DNA of 64,000 nucleotides from Mobula hypostoma. Its lineage: Eukaryota. The notes beneath the pieces are model-generated. The model saw only the letters and a program-made list of their open reading frames with translations, did no database searches and was not told the origin of the DNA. Shown piece after piece: positions 38,105-51,110 of this stretch. The DNA lies in NCBI RefSeq assembly GCF_963921235.1, contig NC_086105.1, positions 31,186,001 through 31,250,000 of the forward strand, in the 5' to 3' direction. The position numbers and the translations under genes are program-made. Numbering within the stretch: position 1 is the stretch's first letter; the number at the start of each line of letters is the position of its first letter.

Positions 38105-38791
38105 TGATTTGCAATTCTTGTAACTAACTGAAGGACTTCATAAAGTACATCTTGCCGACTACAAGAATTGCAAATCAGGGAGGTCAGGTAAAATTTCTAT
38201 GGGTTCCAGCACATGTAGGGGTGAAGGGGAATGAGAGAGTGGATGAATTGGCAAAGAGGGCGTTAAAGAAAGAAAATGTGGAAATGCACATTAGTATCAG
38301 TGAAGCAGAGGTTAAGTGTGTAACCTGGGAAAAAGTCAACCAAATGTGGCAAGAAAGATGGGACAGGGAGGGGAAAGGGAGGCATTTATATCAAATATAA
38401 AAAAGTGTTGCAGGTACTAGGGTAGGTAATGGAAACAGAAGAGAGGAAATTGTGTGGACTAGGTTAAGGCTGGGGCATTGTGCATTAGACAAAACATTGA
38501 AAATGATAGGGAAGCACCAGACAGGATTGTGTGAGGAATGTCAGGAAGAGGAGTCAGTAGAACATGTAGTTTTGTGTTGCAGGAAGTATGGGATACAGAG
38601 AGAGATGATGAGAAATAAATTAAGGGAGTTGGAGATGCAGGAATTCACATTAAAAGGGTTGCTGGGCATGGGTGAGAGAGCACAAGTCCGGGTATTTTTC
38701 GCATTTTTAAGGGGTACAGGGGTTTTTTATAGAATATGACGAATAAACAGGAATAGGATACTAGGATGGTCAAAGATGGGAGGGTGAAGTG

Positions 38792-38865
<74 letters not shown>

Positions 38866-38982
38866 TGCGATTGGGTGAAGGGATTTAGAATGTATGTCTA
38901 GTGCACATTCTGGAGCAGAAGGTGGTGGTAATGCACCATTAAGCTGGATGCCAACCGCTGTAAAACAAAATACAGACAGACA
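38105..38982 (+). mobile_element. I/Nimb-type LINE 3' end (RNase H, CCHC) with 5' inversion
   Basis: FLWVPAHVGVKGNERVDELAK, TRLRLGH, C..C...ESVEHV..C; (caga)n tail; TSD gttgcRtcattt at 38094-38105 and 38983-38994. Confidence 0.85.
38795..38869 (+). repeat. Compound (GT)n(GCGT)n microsatellite in the LINE 3'UTR
   Basis: Direct reading. Confidence 0.97.
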
Positions 38983-41130
38983 GTTGCATCATTTGTTTTG
39001 TTGGGAGTCCACTGTTGGTAGTTACGCCATCAGGGAAGAAGAAAGAGTGAGAGTGAAGAATCCCCAGCTCCGAATGAACCCCAAAAGGATTGGGGTTAAC
39101 CAGCAGCATTTGCGCATTACAGGTGTGACTAACATCTGGAACCGTCCGTACGTGGCACGCACATTTTGTTAACCCTGACACGGTTTGGGTTGTGTGATGA
39201 TCACTTTGTCAATAGGTCAGTTGCTTTGAGAAATCGTATTCTGCGTCATAACTTTGGATAAGGCATTTCAGCTGGGAGCTCTGTCAGCAGTGATGTCTCT
39301 ACTTTGGGGACTGTTCCAAAGCTGGTTTGAGAAGTCTGTCCTCTCGAATATCTCAGGAATCATTTGGACTTATTAAATTGCCACCTTAAGACTGTGCTTA
39401 AATAAGAACTGTTAAGAATTTTCTTTAAGTTCGACTGTTTCATAACTATAGAAGCATACTGCTGTTAACATCCGTTTAAGTTAATTGTTCGTTTACTGTT
39501 CCATGTTTATTTGAGTAGAGGTTAATAAATGTAGTTGTTTATTTTATGAAAACTCGACTCAAATTCATCTCTGTTGCTGCTGATTCATAATATATCTATA
39601 TTATTAGATAAACAGGAGGAACCATTTTTCCTCAAGTGAGGCATCAAAAACAAAGTAGGAGCATAGACTTAAAGAAATAGGAAGAATTAGTGATGAGGAA
39701 ATACTCTGTAGGTAGAAAAAAAATTCACTATACTATATGGTTAAAAAAACAGAAACCCTCACTGCAATTTACAGTGCCTGGATGTGTACTTCAAGAATAC
39801 ACATCATGATCTGCAAGGGCTTAAAATGGAATGAATGGGTTTGTCAGGCAGGGTGGACCAAAGGGAATCCTATTGCAAATCTTCTATCATTTCAGTAGGA
39901 GCTAGTTAGCTAATTTTCCTCAGCAACATTAAGTAGAAAAAATCTTGAATTTTTAATGATTTTTTGTAAGGTATCCAAAATTTTATCCTTGTGAATCTAT
40001 TATATAAACTATAGCACATCTGGATCCCAACCATAAAAGGTAAAATTAAAATTCCGCATTAACCTATAATTTTAGCATGGCAGTTGCCCATATTCCGCAA
40101 TTTAGCAGCAAGAGAAAGGCAAGAAATCAAAATGACAATTTAAAATCAGACAACCAGGGATTGAGAAACATATGCACATCTGCATTGAATTACATAAATT
40201 TTGACAGCAGACTATCAGAGAAGCTGGCAACAGATTCTATTCTGATTTGTAAGATCCTGTTTGATCTCCTTGTTCTTTTCCCTATACTAGATTTTGCATG
40301 CTAACTTAAATATGAGATGAAAGGCCACAAAAACAAATTTAAACATCTTATTAAAATAAAAGGATTAAGACCTACTAAAGCACTGTTTTGACTCATTTCT
40401 GAATAACACTTTAAAGGGAAATATTCACAATGTTCTACTTTAATTTTGGTAATTTTATTTCAGTTTGCTGTACATTGATTTGGGGGATTTATGTAAAGTA
40501 CATATTCAAGGTGTGAAATTGGCAAGTGTCACCATAATTCAATAGAAAGGCATGGTAAAATTAATTTTAGAAAAAAAACAGGTACAGTTATGTAATGTTT
40601 TAATTTACGACATTGAGACTTATTCGAAATTACCAATTTCCAGATTTCAAGCAGTTTTATTGACAAAATTGAAACACCTTAGAAACTGACTAAACCCATG
40701 AATAGGGCTCTTAGCTTGAAGACCAAATTACTGTTATCTTAACAATCTGGAATTAAAACAAAATTCCTTTAACAGACAACTGGATGACCATTTAAAACAG
40801 AACTGTAACACAGGAATATAGTGGACATCAGGCAAAGATAATATTATTTTTACCACTCTGAACATAACACTTCATCAGACATTTGAAACTGAATCTGGGA
40901 CAAAGCTGTCCAAATCTGCAAGGTGTAGAAGTTGTAGATTAAAATGTTGTTTTGAACTCTGAGAAAGTTTTAAATAAACTGCATTGCAATATTTGCAGCT
41001 ACCATTTAAAGGGTAATCCTGCTACAGATTCTTACTTCACATAAACTGGTTTAATCACAATTCCAATGGTAATTTTTTTTAAATGCATAGATTGCAATCT
41101 ACATAACAAAATAAAACTGAGAATGCAACT

Positions 41131-41970
41131 TTAAGAGCCAACAAGCACATTAGTGCTGGTCAATTTTCCATGATCTTTCAGGTACTGCATAATATGTGGC
41201 CTTCTTCGCCAAGTTGCTTTGAGTCCATATTCATGTTCTGGTGTGTCCCGGACTAAAACATCTGCTGATGCAGCTTCTTCAGAAAAGTCATTTAGTCCAG
41301 AACACTTGTCTAAGCAGTCTAACAGTCCACAAGGGAGAGGAGTTATATTGTGTTTATTCAATTCATTATTTCTTAGTACACCACAAATATTTTTCTGGAA
41401 GGTGGCTGGCGAGGGCATGCCATCAGCTGTGGGAGTGCTAACATGTGGTAGAGCAAACTCATCAGAGGACTGAGAAGAGTGCTCTGAAAGTGAAATTTCT
41501 GTTTCATCTGAGTCTACTCCCATTTGATTGTTGATTGAATTCAATGGAGGGCAGAAACTAGAGCTTTTCACAGGTATATTCCCAGCTGTACTTTTGCCAA
41601 CCAAATTTCTCTTTGCTGCAGGTCTTAGACTACATTCCTGCTTGTCCAGAGCATCCAAATTCTGAGCTTTTCCAAAGGTGCCAACTTTACACCGTTGGCT
41701 CTTGCTTCCCAAGAATGATGTTTTATTTGTTTTGAATGCAACTTTTCCACTGGTTTGAACATTCTGACAGGTGCTAAATTCAACTTTGTCGTTTTCCTTC
41801 TGAACAGGTATCCCTCCATTTCCCAGAAGTGTCAAAGGAACAAAACTGTGCAGTTTTCTCACAGAACCCGTTTTTGATGAAGTACTCTGTTTGCTGTAGA
41901 TTTTATGCTGTTTCACTCTATTAGATTTTTGTTCGCATCTTGGTGTTGTAGTATCAAACTCTGGCAGCAC
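41131..41970 (-). CDS. RHNO1: RHINO, last coding exon
   Basis: Acceptor ttcctccag|GTG. Begins VLPEFD (cf. VSPDFD) and ends VLVRDTPEHEYGLKATWRRRPHIMQYLKDHGKL..VLV, the conserved RHINO C-terminus. Total 334 aa. Confidence 0.92.
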   Translation of the reverse strand: MLPEFDTTTPRCEQKSNRVKQHKIYSKQSTSSKTGSVRKLHSFVPLTLLGNGGIPVQKENDKVEFSTCQNVQTSGKVAFKTNKTSFLGSKSQRCKVGTFGKAQNLDALDKQECSLRPAAKRNLVGKSTAGNIPVKSSSFCPPLNSINNQMGVDSDETEISLSEHSSQSSDEFALPHVSTPTADGMPSPATFQKNICGVLRNNELNKHNITPLPCGLLDCLDKCSGLNDFSEEAASADVLVRDTPEHEYGLKATWRRRPHIMQYLKDHGKLTSTNVLVGS

Positions 41971-42438
41971 CTGGAGGAAATGAGGGCAAGAAAAATAACT
42001 AAACAGTAACAAATATCCAAACAGTTGGCGCTATCTTACACGACTATCACAGCAATTCAAATCCACCCAACAGAGAGTCTTCAAAATCAAGTATTTTGCA
42101 ACATGTTTAGTGAAGGTGGTTGGGTGGTGAGAATGAAATTAATTAATTGTCCACATGCCAACAATATATTATTTTTGAAAGGCGTAGCAAATTAGCTGTA
42201 TTTTTTCCACCAAATACAGTTGGAGCCAGCAACAAGCCCTGCAGAGTATATGATAACATGGATCTGACCACAAAGAGGAAAAATAGTTCAACAGTTTGGA
42301 ATAATTACACCGCTTACAATCTAACATTAAGCATGTACATTATCATAGCATTTAAAATTGCTTAGGGAATTTTGGCATAATGGGAGAAAGTTAATAAATC
42401 TTTCAGATAAGAGAACAAAAGGTACAAATATGACACAC

Positions 42439-42603
42439 CCACTTGAATGCAGATCTCTGGTCAACAGGCATACAGGAAACTTGGCGGGGATTTACTGCGG
42501 ATGGTAGAGACAAGACTTGCTTGTACTTTTCTGCCTTTGGTGGACTCTGCAGGAACAGCAAGGGTGGTTTCTTGGATTGGCTGAGCTTCTTTTTACGGGG
42601 CAT
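42439..42603 (-). CDS. RHNO1: RAD9-HUS1-RAD1-interacting nuclear orphan 1 (RHINO), first coding exon
   Basis: MPRKKK..KKPPLLFLQSP...RQV..P.D....W matches the RHINO N-terminus (MPPRKK..KAPLLF..RQVPSKPID..SW). 55 codons, phase-0 donor TGG|gtgtgt. Confidence 0.9.
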
Positions 42604-45600
42604 CAAGCACCCAACATCTCGGTCTCAATATTGAAAGGGTGGGGGGGGAGGAGAAAAAGTTAAATGGTTATTTAACAATAAACCAGGTTTCCTATCATTG
42701 TTTAGATACCTAACCTAATAAACTATATAGATAAATATGACACCAAGATCTTTGGTCTCCATATATTTCAACTAAAAGAGAGAATAAAATATTTGGGAGA
42801 AAGTTTGCAGAGTGAACGTATTCCGGTGGCGCAACACGGCAGCAGCAGCCTTTCAGATCTGGTGTTACTATAATTGTTTAAATTTAATTTTAAGGCACAA
42901 TTTTTGATTAAGGCACATGGATAACAGAGCGATTATCTACCATCGCCAGATACTGCTGCATTACAGAGATTGCCCAAAAAACACCTTCATGAAGATCTGC
43001 TGGTTGAATTACGCGACCTCGGCTTGCTGAGGGGATCGGGCCTACAGTCCTTGGAGTCGCCTGATGCCGGTGGCCAGAGGTCTCTGCTCTCCAATGTCTG
43101 CTCCCCAGACAATAAATTGGACTACATCCGACTCCAACGAAATACTCAGCGGGAGTACAGGGTCTGCTGTGCGTATGTTTTCACGGAAACGTGGCTCACC
43201 AATGGAATCCCGGACGCCGCCATTCAGCTGGATGAGCTCGTCTTGTTTCGAGCGAACAGAGATGCAGCTCTTTCCGGTAAGACTCGCGGTGGTGGCTTGT
43301 GTGTTTACATCAATACAGAATGGTGCAAGAACTCTGAGCTGGTTTCCAGATACTGCTCATCGCTAGTGGAGTTTGTGACTGTCAGATGCAGACCATTTTA
43401 TTCACCACCGTCCTTATAGTCGGTGTCTACATTCCCCTCAGCGCTAATGCTAAGGAGGCTCTCTGTGAACTGTATGGGGCTATTAGCGAACTGCAGAACG
43501 CACACCCTGATGGACTGTTTATTGTTGTCAGAGATATTAACTACGCGACCCTTAAGTCAGTGCTCCCCAGATTCCATCAGAATGTGGACTTTGCAACGAG
43601 AGGGGAGAACACATTGGACCTTGTTTACACAAACATTCCCGACACGTACCGGGCAGAGCCCCGCCCCCACCTCAGTTACTCAGACCATATTTCTGTTATG
43701 TTAATCCCAGCATACAGACTGCTCACCAGGCACTCCAGACCAGTTCAGAAGCAGGTGAAAACCTGGCCAGCAGGAGCCATCTCTGCTCATCAAGACTGCT
43801 TTGAGCACACTGACTGGCACATGTTCAGGGAGGCTGCAACCGATGGCGACTCTACCAACTTAGAGGAGTACACGGCATCAGTGACTAGCTACATCAGCAA
43901 GTGCATCGATGACGTCACTGTGTCCAAGACCATCAGTACATGCGCTAAACAGAAGCCATGGATGACCGTGGAAGTGCGTGCACTGCTGAGGACCCGTGAC
44001 TCCGCCTTCAGAGCAGACGATAAAGCCGCACTAACAACAGCGAGGGCCAAACTGTCCTGGGCCATCAGAGAGGCAAAGCGTGCACACGCCCTGCGAATCC
44101 ACAGCCACTTCCAGGACAGTGGTGACACGCGGTGCATGTGGAAGGGCATTCAGGACATCACCAACTACAAGACAACACCACCTGCCTGTGCTGGTGATGC
44201 CTCCCTCCCAGATGCACTGAACAACTTCTACGCTTGTTTTGAGGTGGAAAATGACATGGCGGCAAGGAAGACCACCCCTCCTCCAAATGACCAGGTGCTG
44301 TGTCTTACTGTGGCCGATGTGAGGAGAATCCTGTGCAGGGTCAACCCATGGAAGATTGCTGGACCAGACAATATTCCTGGCAGAGTGCTTAGAGGATGTG
44401 CAGACCAGCTAGCTGAGATTCTCACTGACATCTTCAACATCTCCCTGAGCAGCACTGTCATTCCTACGTGCTTCAAGGCTGCCACCATCGTCCCCGTGCC
44501 GAAGTCTTCAGTGTCCTGCCTCAATGATTACCGTCCCGTCGCACTCACATCCATCATCATAAAGTGTTTTGAGAGGCTCGTCATGAGGCACATCAAGACC
44601 CTGCTGCCCCCCTCACTGGACCCCCTGCAGTTCGCGTACCGTCCCAACCGTTCAACCGTCGACGCCATTACCATCACCCTTCACCTGGCCCTAACCCACC
44701 TGGACAAAAAAGACACGTACATTCAAATGCTGTTCATAGACTTCAGTGCAGCATTCAACACAATCATTCCTCAGAAACTGATTGGAAAGCTGAGCCTACT
44801 GGGCCTGAACACCTCCCTCTGCAACTGGATCCTAGACTTCCTGACTGGGAGACCTTAGTCAGTCCGGATTGGAAGCAGCATCTCCAACACCATCACACTG
44901 AGCACGGGGCCCCCCCAGGGCTGTGTGCTCAGTCCACTGCTGTTCACTCTGCTGACCCACGACTGTGCTGCAACACACAGCTCGAACCACATCATCAAGT
45001 TCGCTGATAATACAACCGTGGTGGGTCTCATCAGCAAGAACGACGCGTCAGCATACAGAGAGAAGGTGCAGCGGCTAATGGACTGGTGCAGAGCCAACAA
45101 CCTGTCTCTGAATGTGAACAAAACAAAAGAGATGGCTGTTGACTTCAGGAGGACATGGAGTGACCACTCTCCACTAAACATTGACGACTCCTCCGTAGAG
45201 ACCGTTAAGAGCACCAAATTTCTCGTTGTTCACCTGGTGGAGAATCTCACCTGGTCCCTCAACACCAGCTCCATAGCAAAGAAAGCCCAGCAGCGTCTCA
45301 GCTTTCTGCGAAGGCTGAGAAAAGTCCATCTCCCACCCCCCATCCTCACCACATTCTACAGAGGTTGTATTGAGATCATCCTGAGCAGCTTCATCACCGC
45401 CTGATTTGGAAATTGCACCATCTCAGATCGCAAGACTCTGCAGTGGATAGTGAGGTCAGCTGAGAAGATCATCAGGGTCTCTCTTCCCGCCATTACAGAC
45501 ATTTACACCACACGCTGCATCCGTAAAGCAAACAGCATTATGAAGGACCCCACACACCCCTCTTACAAACTCTTCTCCCTCCTGCCATCTGGCAAAAGGC

Positions 45601-45795
45601 ACCGAAGCATTGGGGTTCTCACGACCAGACTATGTAACAGTTTCTTCCCCCAAGCCATCAGACTCCTCAATACCCAGAGCCTGGACTGACACCAACCTAC
45701 TGCCCTCTACTGTGCCTATTGTCTTGTTAATTATTTATTGTAATTCCTGCACTGTTTTGTGCACTTTATGCAGTCCTGGGTAGGTCTGTAGTCTA

Positions 45796-47383
45796 CTCAA
45801 TTTCCTCACAGACAGGACCCAGGCTGTAAAAATAGGAGACAAGCTCTCCTCTACAATCACTCTGAGCACCAGTGCCCCACAAGGCTGTGTACTCAGCCCC
45901 CTGCTGTACTCACTGTACACCCATGATTGTGTAGCCACGTTTCAATCAAACTCAATATATAAGTTTGCTTATGACACAACAAATGTAGGCCGTATCTCGG
46001 GTAATGATGAGTTTGAGTACAGAGAGGAAATTAAGAACCTGGTGGCATGGTGTGAAGACAACAACCTATCCCTCAACATCAGCAAGACGAAGGAATTGGT
46101 TGTTGACTTCAGAAGGAGTAGTGGACCGCACGACCCAATTTATATCGGTGGTGCGCAAGTGGAACAGATCAAAAGCTTTAAGTTCCTCAGGGTCAATATC
46201 ACAAATGACCTGACTTGGTCCAACCAAGCAGAGTCCACTGCCAAGAAGGCCCACCAGCGCCTTTACTTCCTGTGAAAACTAAAGAAATTTGGCCTGTCCC
46301 CCAAAACCCTCACTAATTTTTATAGATGCACTGTAGAAAGCATTCTTCTAGGGTGTGTCACAACCTAGTATGGAAATTGTCCTGTCCAAGACCGAAAGAA
46401 GCTGCAGAAGATCGTGAACACGGCGCAGCACATCCCACAAACCAATCTTCTGTCCTTGGACTCACTTTACACCGCACGCTGTCGGAGCAGTGCTGCCAGG
46501 ATAATCAAGGACACAACCCACCCAGCCAACACACTTTTCGTCCCTCTTCCCTCCGGGAGAAGGCTCAGGAGCTTGAAGACTTGTACGCCCACATTTGGGA
46601 ACAGCTTCTTTCCAACTGTGATAAGACTGCTGAACAGATCCTGACCCGGATCTGGGCCGTACCCTCCAAATAACCGGACCTGCATCTTGATTTTTTTTTG
46701 CACTACCTTACTTTCCATTTTTCTATTTTCTATTTATGATGTATAATTTAAATTTTTAATATTTACTATTGATTTGTAATCCAGGGAGCGGGAAGAGCAA
46801 AATCAAATATCGCTATGATGATTGGCCAGTGTGATTCTACGAGTCTGTGGTGGCCAGTGCGATCATGTTTGCTGTTGTGTGCTGGGGCAGCAGGCTGAGG
46901 GTAGCAGACACCAACAGAATCAACAAACTCATTCGTAAGGCCAGTGATGTTGTGGGGATGGAACTAGACTCTCTGACGGTGGTGTATGAAAAGAGGATGC
47001 TGTCCAAGTTGCATGCTATCTTGGTTAATGTCTCCCATCCACTACATAATGTACTGGTTGGACACAGGAGTACATTCAGCCAGAGACTCATTCCACCAAG
47101 ATGCAACACAGAGCGTCATAGGAAGTCATTCCTGCCTGTGGCCATCAAACTTTACAACTCCTCCCTTGGAGGGTCAGACACCCTGAGCCAATAGGCTGGT
47201 CCTGGACTTATTTCCTGGCATAATTTACATATTACTATATAACTATTCATGGTTTTATTACTATTTAATTATTTATGGTGCAACTGTAACGAAAATCAAT
47301 TTCCCCCAGGATCAATAAAGTATGACTATGACTATTGTACGTTCTAGTATCAATTGTTTGGCGACAATAAAGTACAAGTATAA
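45796..47383 (+). mobile_element. Second Rex1/Babar 3' fragment nested in the first one's 3'UTR
   Basis: PQGCVLSPLL, WC.DNNL.LN.SKTKE..VDFR, LPSGRR; the tail resumes after the third insert. Confidence 0.85.
46825..47333 (+). mobile_element. Third Rex1/Babar 3' fragment nested in the second one's 3'UTR
   Basis: FYESVVAS....VVCWG..HPLH..SF.P.AI.LYN; tail (tatgac)n; attg duplicated at the junctions. Confidence 0.85.
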
Positions 47384-47649
47384 GTGTAGTTTTTGTGTAG
47401 TTTTTATGTAGTACAGTGTAGTTTTTGTATTGTTTCATGTAGCACCATGGTCCTGAAAAATGTTGTCTCGTTTTTACTGTGGACTGTACCAGCAGTTATG
47501 GTCGAAATGACAATAAAAAAATGACTTGACTTGATACTTAAGCTAACAGAACAATTTGGTTGCCACACTTAAATAGACACATATGCACAAAATTATTGTA
47601 ATTAGTCAACTTCAAGAAAATAAAATTGTGCCACTCTTCATGAAACCAA

Positions 47650-50250
47650 AAGACAAAGTAAACTTACTATTAAAGTACATATGCAACTGAGATTCATTTT
47701 CTTGTGGGCATATTAAGAAATCCAATAATCATAACAAAGTCAATGAAGACTGCCAGGCAATCAGTGTGCAAAAGACAACAAACTGCAAATACAAAAGGAA
47801 AAAATAATAATTAAGCGATAATTATTGAGAACATGTAGATAAAGTGTCTTTGAAAGTGAGTCCATGGATTGTGAGAACGTTTCAGTGTTGTAGTGAATGA
47901 AGTTATCTTCTCTGGTTCAAGAGCCTGAACCTTGTACTTTCTTTATTCTCCCGTTTTAGCCAGTTTTTAGGATATAAATTGAACCTACATAAGAGTGAAC
48001 TATTTCCTTTAAATAATTTGGTATCAATTAATACTAATCTCCCTTTTAAAATTGAAAGGAATCAATTTACTTATTTGGGTGTAACAGTCACTAAGAACTA
48101 CAAACACCTGTTTAAAGAAAACTTTCTTACTTTATTGAACCATGTAAAAAGGATATCATTAAATTGGTCACCTCTTTCAATATCATTGATTGGACGAATT
48201 AATTCTATTAAAATGAATATTCTACCTAAATTTATATATCTTTTTCAGGCTTTACCCATTTTTATTCCCAAATCCTTTTTTGACTCTCTTGATTCTATTT
48301 TATCCTCTTATATATGGAAAAATAAACGTCCTCAATTAAATAAAGTTCATCTTCAAAAATCTAAAAGTCTGGAGGTTTAGCCTTACCTAATTTTAGGTTT
48401 TATTATTGGGCAGTTAATATACGATATCTTAAGTATTGACTATATTATATTAATGGTGTAGAGTGTCCGGTATGGGTTTCTTTAGAAGCTAACTGTTAAT
48501 AAATTGTACTCTGAGGATCTGGATACAATTTAGAAAACACTTTGGTTTATTGAGATTTTCCCTTTCTAGTCCCATTTATTCTAACTTTTTTTTTTAAACC
48601 CTCCATGACTGATTTAGTTTTTAAAGAATGGGACAGGTTGGGTATTAAATGTTTTTGGGATCTGTTTGTTGGAGGAAATCTTTTTTCATTTGAGCAATTG
48701 TCAGCTAAATATAGCTTACCCAAAATTCACTTTTTTAGATATTTACAAATCAGAGACTTTCTAAGATCTCAATTATGCACATTTCCTATAAGCTCAGATA
48801 AGAACTTACTAGACATAATTTTCAATTTGACACCTTTTCATAATAGTTCAATATCTAATATTTATGGCATGTTACTGGAGACGAGGAATGTTCCTTTAGA
48901 CAAAACTAAGAATCTCTGGGAACAAGATTTACAGACATCAATATCTGAGGAAACTTGGAATGAAATTTTTAAACTGGTTATCGTTATGTGCTCGCCATTT
49001 CTCCCATACAATTTAAGGTGGTACATAGAGCTCATATGACCAAGGATAAGCTATTTCATTTTTATTTGGATATATCTCCCTGCTGTGACAGATGTAATAT
49101 TGGAGAAGCATCATTAATTCATGTTTTGGACTTGTCAGAGTCTTGAAAAATATTGGAAGGAAGTTTTTCAAACTTTTTCTTTACTTTTCAAAGTCAATTT
49201 TATGCCTAATCCTCTGATGGCCCTATTTGGTATTGTTGCAGAACAAGATATCAAGCTGAAGACATCTGATTTACTATTTTGGCCTTTAACTCTCTTATAG
49301 CTAGGAGGGCACTTTTGTTCAAATGGAAAGATGTTTTTCCTCCTACTCGTGCTCAATGGTTATGCGACATTATGTCATGCTTAGATTTAGAGAAGATTCG
49401 TTGTTCAATTTCTGAATCTCGTCAAGACTTTCAAACATTGTGGGGACCTTTTTTTGAATTATTTTCAAAACCTTCAAGTCGTTATTTAAATTCAGATGTT
49501 GGCTATTAATTTTTTTTATTATATGAGAAGGTATTTTACTTTTTTTCTCCTTAATAAACAGCTTCAGTCTTGGTAGGGGTTAGATTTTTTTTAATAAATT
49601 AGTATATTTCAATATAACTATTGATTAACTTACATGAATACGGGGTAATGAGATTGTCGTTATGAATAGATATAATGTAATTGGTAGTTTTTAAAAATCT
49701 TTTTTGACTTTTTTTTTATATACGTTCTTGGACTCTGTATTCTTCTATGTAGAAACTAATAGAAATATTGGAAAGAGGAGCCTGAACCTGGTGGTGTGGG
49801 TCCCAAGGTTGCTGTGCCTCCTTCCTGATGGCAGCAGCAAGAATAGAGCACGACTTAGGTGGTGGGAGTCCCTGATGATGGATGCTGCTTTATGTGGCAA
49901 TGCTCCAAGTAGATGAATTCAATGGTGGAGAGGGCTTTACCCATGATGGACTGGGCCATATCCACTACTCTTTGTAGGATTTTCTGATCAAGTTCATTGG
50001 CGTTTTCATGCCACACCCTGCTGGAGCCAGTCAATATACTCTCCACCGCACATCTATGGAAGTTTGTCAAAGTTTTAGATGTCAAGCCAAATCTTTGCAA
50101 ACATCCAAGGAAAGGAGGCGCTGCTATGCTTTCTACGAAATTGCACTTACTTGCCAGGCCCAGGACAGATTCTCTGAAATGAGGAATGCTGACCCTCTCC
50201 ATCTCTGAACCCCTGATAAGTACTGGCTCATGGACCTCTGGTTTCATCGT
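47650..50250 (-). mobile_element. Rex1/Babar 3' fragment interrupted by L1
   Basis: RFG...KTLTNF.RC.VESILTG on the minus strand (49855-50247); the tail at 47650-47930 matches 31135-31440. Confidence 0.7.
47933..49777 (+). mobile_element. L1-clade ORF2 3' part, decayed
   Basis: GYK.N..KS, YLGV, GRINSIKMNILPKF.YLFQ, GGL.LP and C..C.....H..W.C; 12-bp TSD gagcctgaacct at 47921-47932 and 49778-49789. Confidence 0.9.
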
Positions 50251-50329
50251 AAGTTATAAATGTCTGCCAAATTGTAATTGACAACAGCATCAAGGCAGAT
50301 AGATGTCAAATATTTTGCTTCTATCAACA

Positions 50330-51110
50330 GTAAAGAAGGCAGAGCGTAGGAGGGTTAATGGCATCTAACGGCAACTCCTTTGCTTGCATCTTCGGAAACA
50401 GCTCTATTTCCATCTTTAATATCTCTATTTTACCCTTTCAGACCCTGATCTGGAGTTACACACTGACTACGGTTCTTTGTGGAATGGGACCCGCTCTCGG
50501 GGTTCCATAACTGGCTATTGTTCGGCACGCCAAAGGCTCAGCCTAGGAGTCCGGCTCAAATTCAAAAGCCTAGGATCTCAGGGCTCTGGAGACGAGCGGA
50601 TTGAGGGTCAGTGTTACGACAGAAGAGCCGTGTGGCATCAGGGGAGTCGGAATATCTGCTGTGTGCCTGGAGACCTGGGATCTTTGCGATCTTCAGGCAC
50701 AGAGCACGAAAAAAGCAATGTAACGGACTTCTAACATCATAAACCAGCGAGTTGTTTGTCATGTCTCTCCGCTCACTGGGAAAATGGAGATACCTGCGGT
50801 ATGTCGAATACCAGGTGAAACGCAAAGTCTTTGGGGTAACTGCAAGTCTTTGTTTTTGGTATTGCTTTGCTCACGTTTGAGTGCTTGGTGGCAGCGCCGA
50901 TACTTGCTCTTTTTGGCGGTGAGGGGCGGGGGGATTGTTGCTCGCTGCCATTTACGCACGGGGGGGAGCTGGGGGGGACTTTGGGGTTCTAACATTTAAC
51001 TGTTGTTCATTCTTTAGGGCACTTCTCTGTTTTCATGGATGGTTACGAAGAAAAAGCATTTCAGGATGTATATTGTATACATTTCTCTGACATTAACTTG
51101 TACCTTTGAA
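50330..51110 (+). mobile_element. Non-coding interspersed element with LINE-like tail
   Basis: GC-richer block ending tttcaggatgtatattgtatacatttctctgacattaa...tttgaa, similar to the tail at 32915-32975. Confidence 0.5.

Larger units (their letters stand above)
37924..39592 (+). mobile_element. Probable solo LTR interrupted by a LINE
   Basis: Starts TGTTAC, has internal tgatgtaat repeats, TATATAAA near 38072 and AATAAA near 39524. The 3' end is degenerate. Confidence 0.5.
42820..47535 (+). mobile_element. Near full-length Rex1/Babar LINE (APE plus RT, several stops/frameshifts); 3'UTR split by nested copies
   Basis: FTETWL, GGGLC.Y, TLDLVY, SDH, AGPD.IP, YRPVALT, QFAY, FIDFS.AF, G.PQG.VLSP, KFADN. 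The 3'UTR stops near 45795 and resumes near 47384, ending (gactt)n. Confidence 0.9.

Noticed and set aside
41971-42012. ORF-track start MLLFSYF... for the 293-aa ORF
   Set aside because: This is intronic polypyrimidine tract; the exon begins at the acceptor at 41970.
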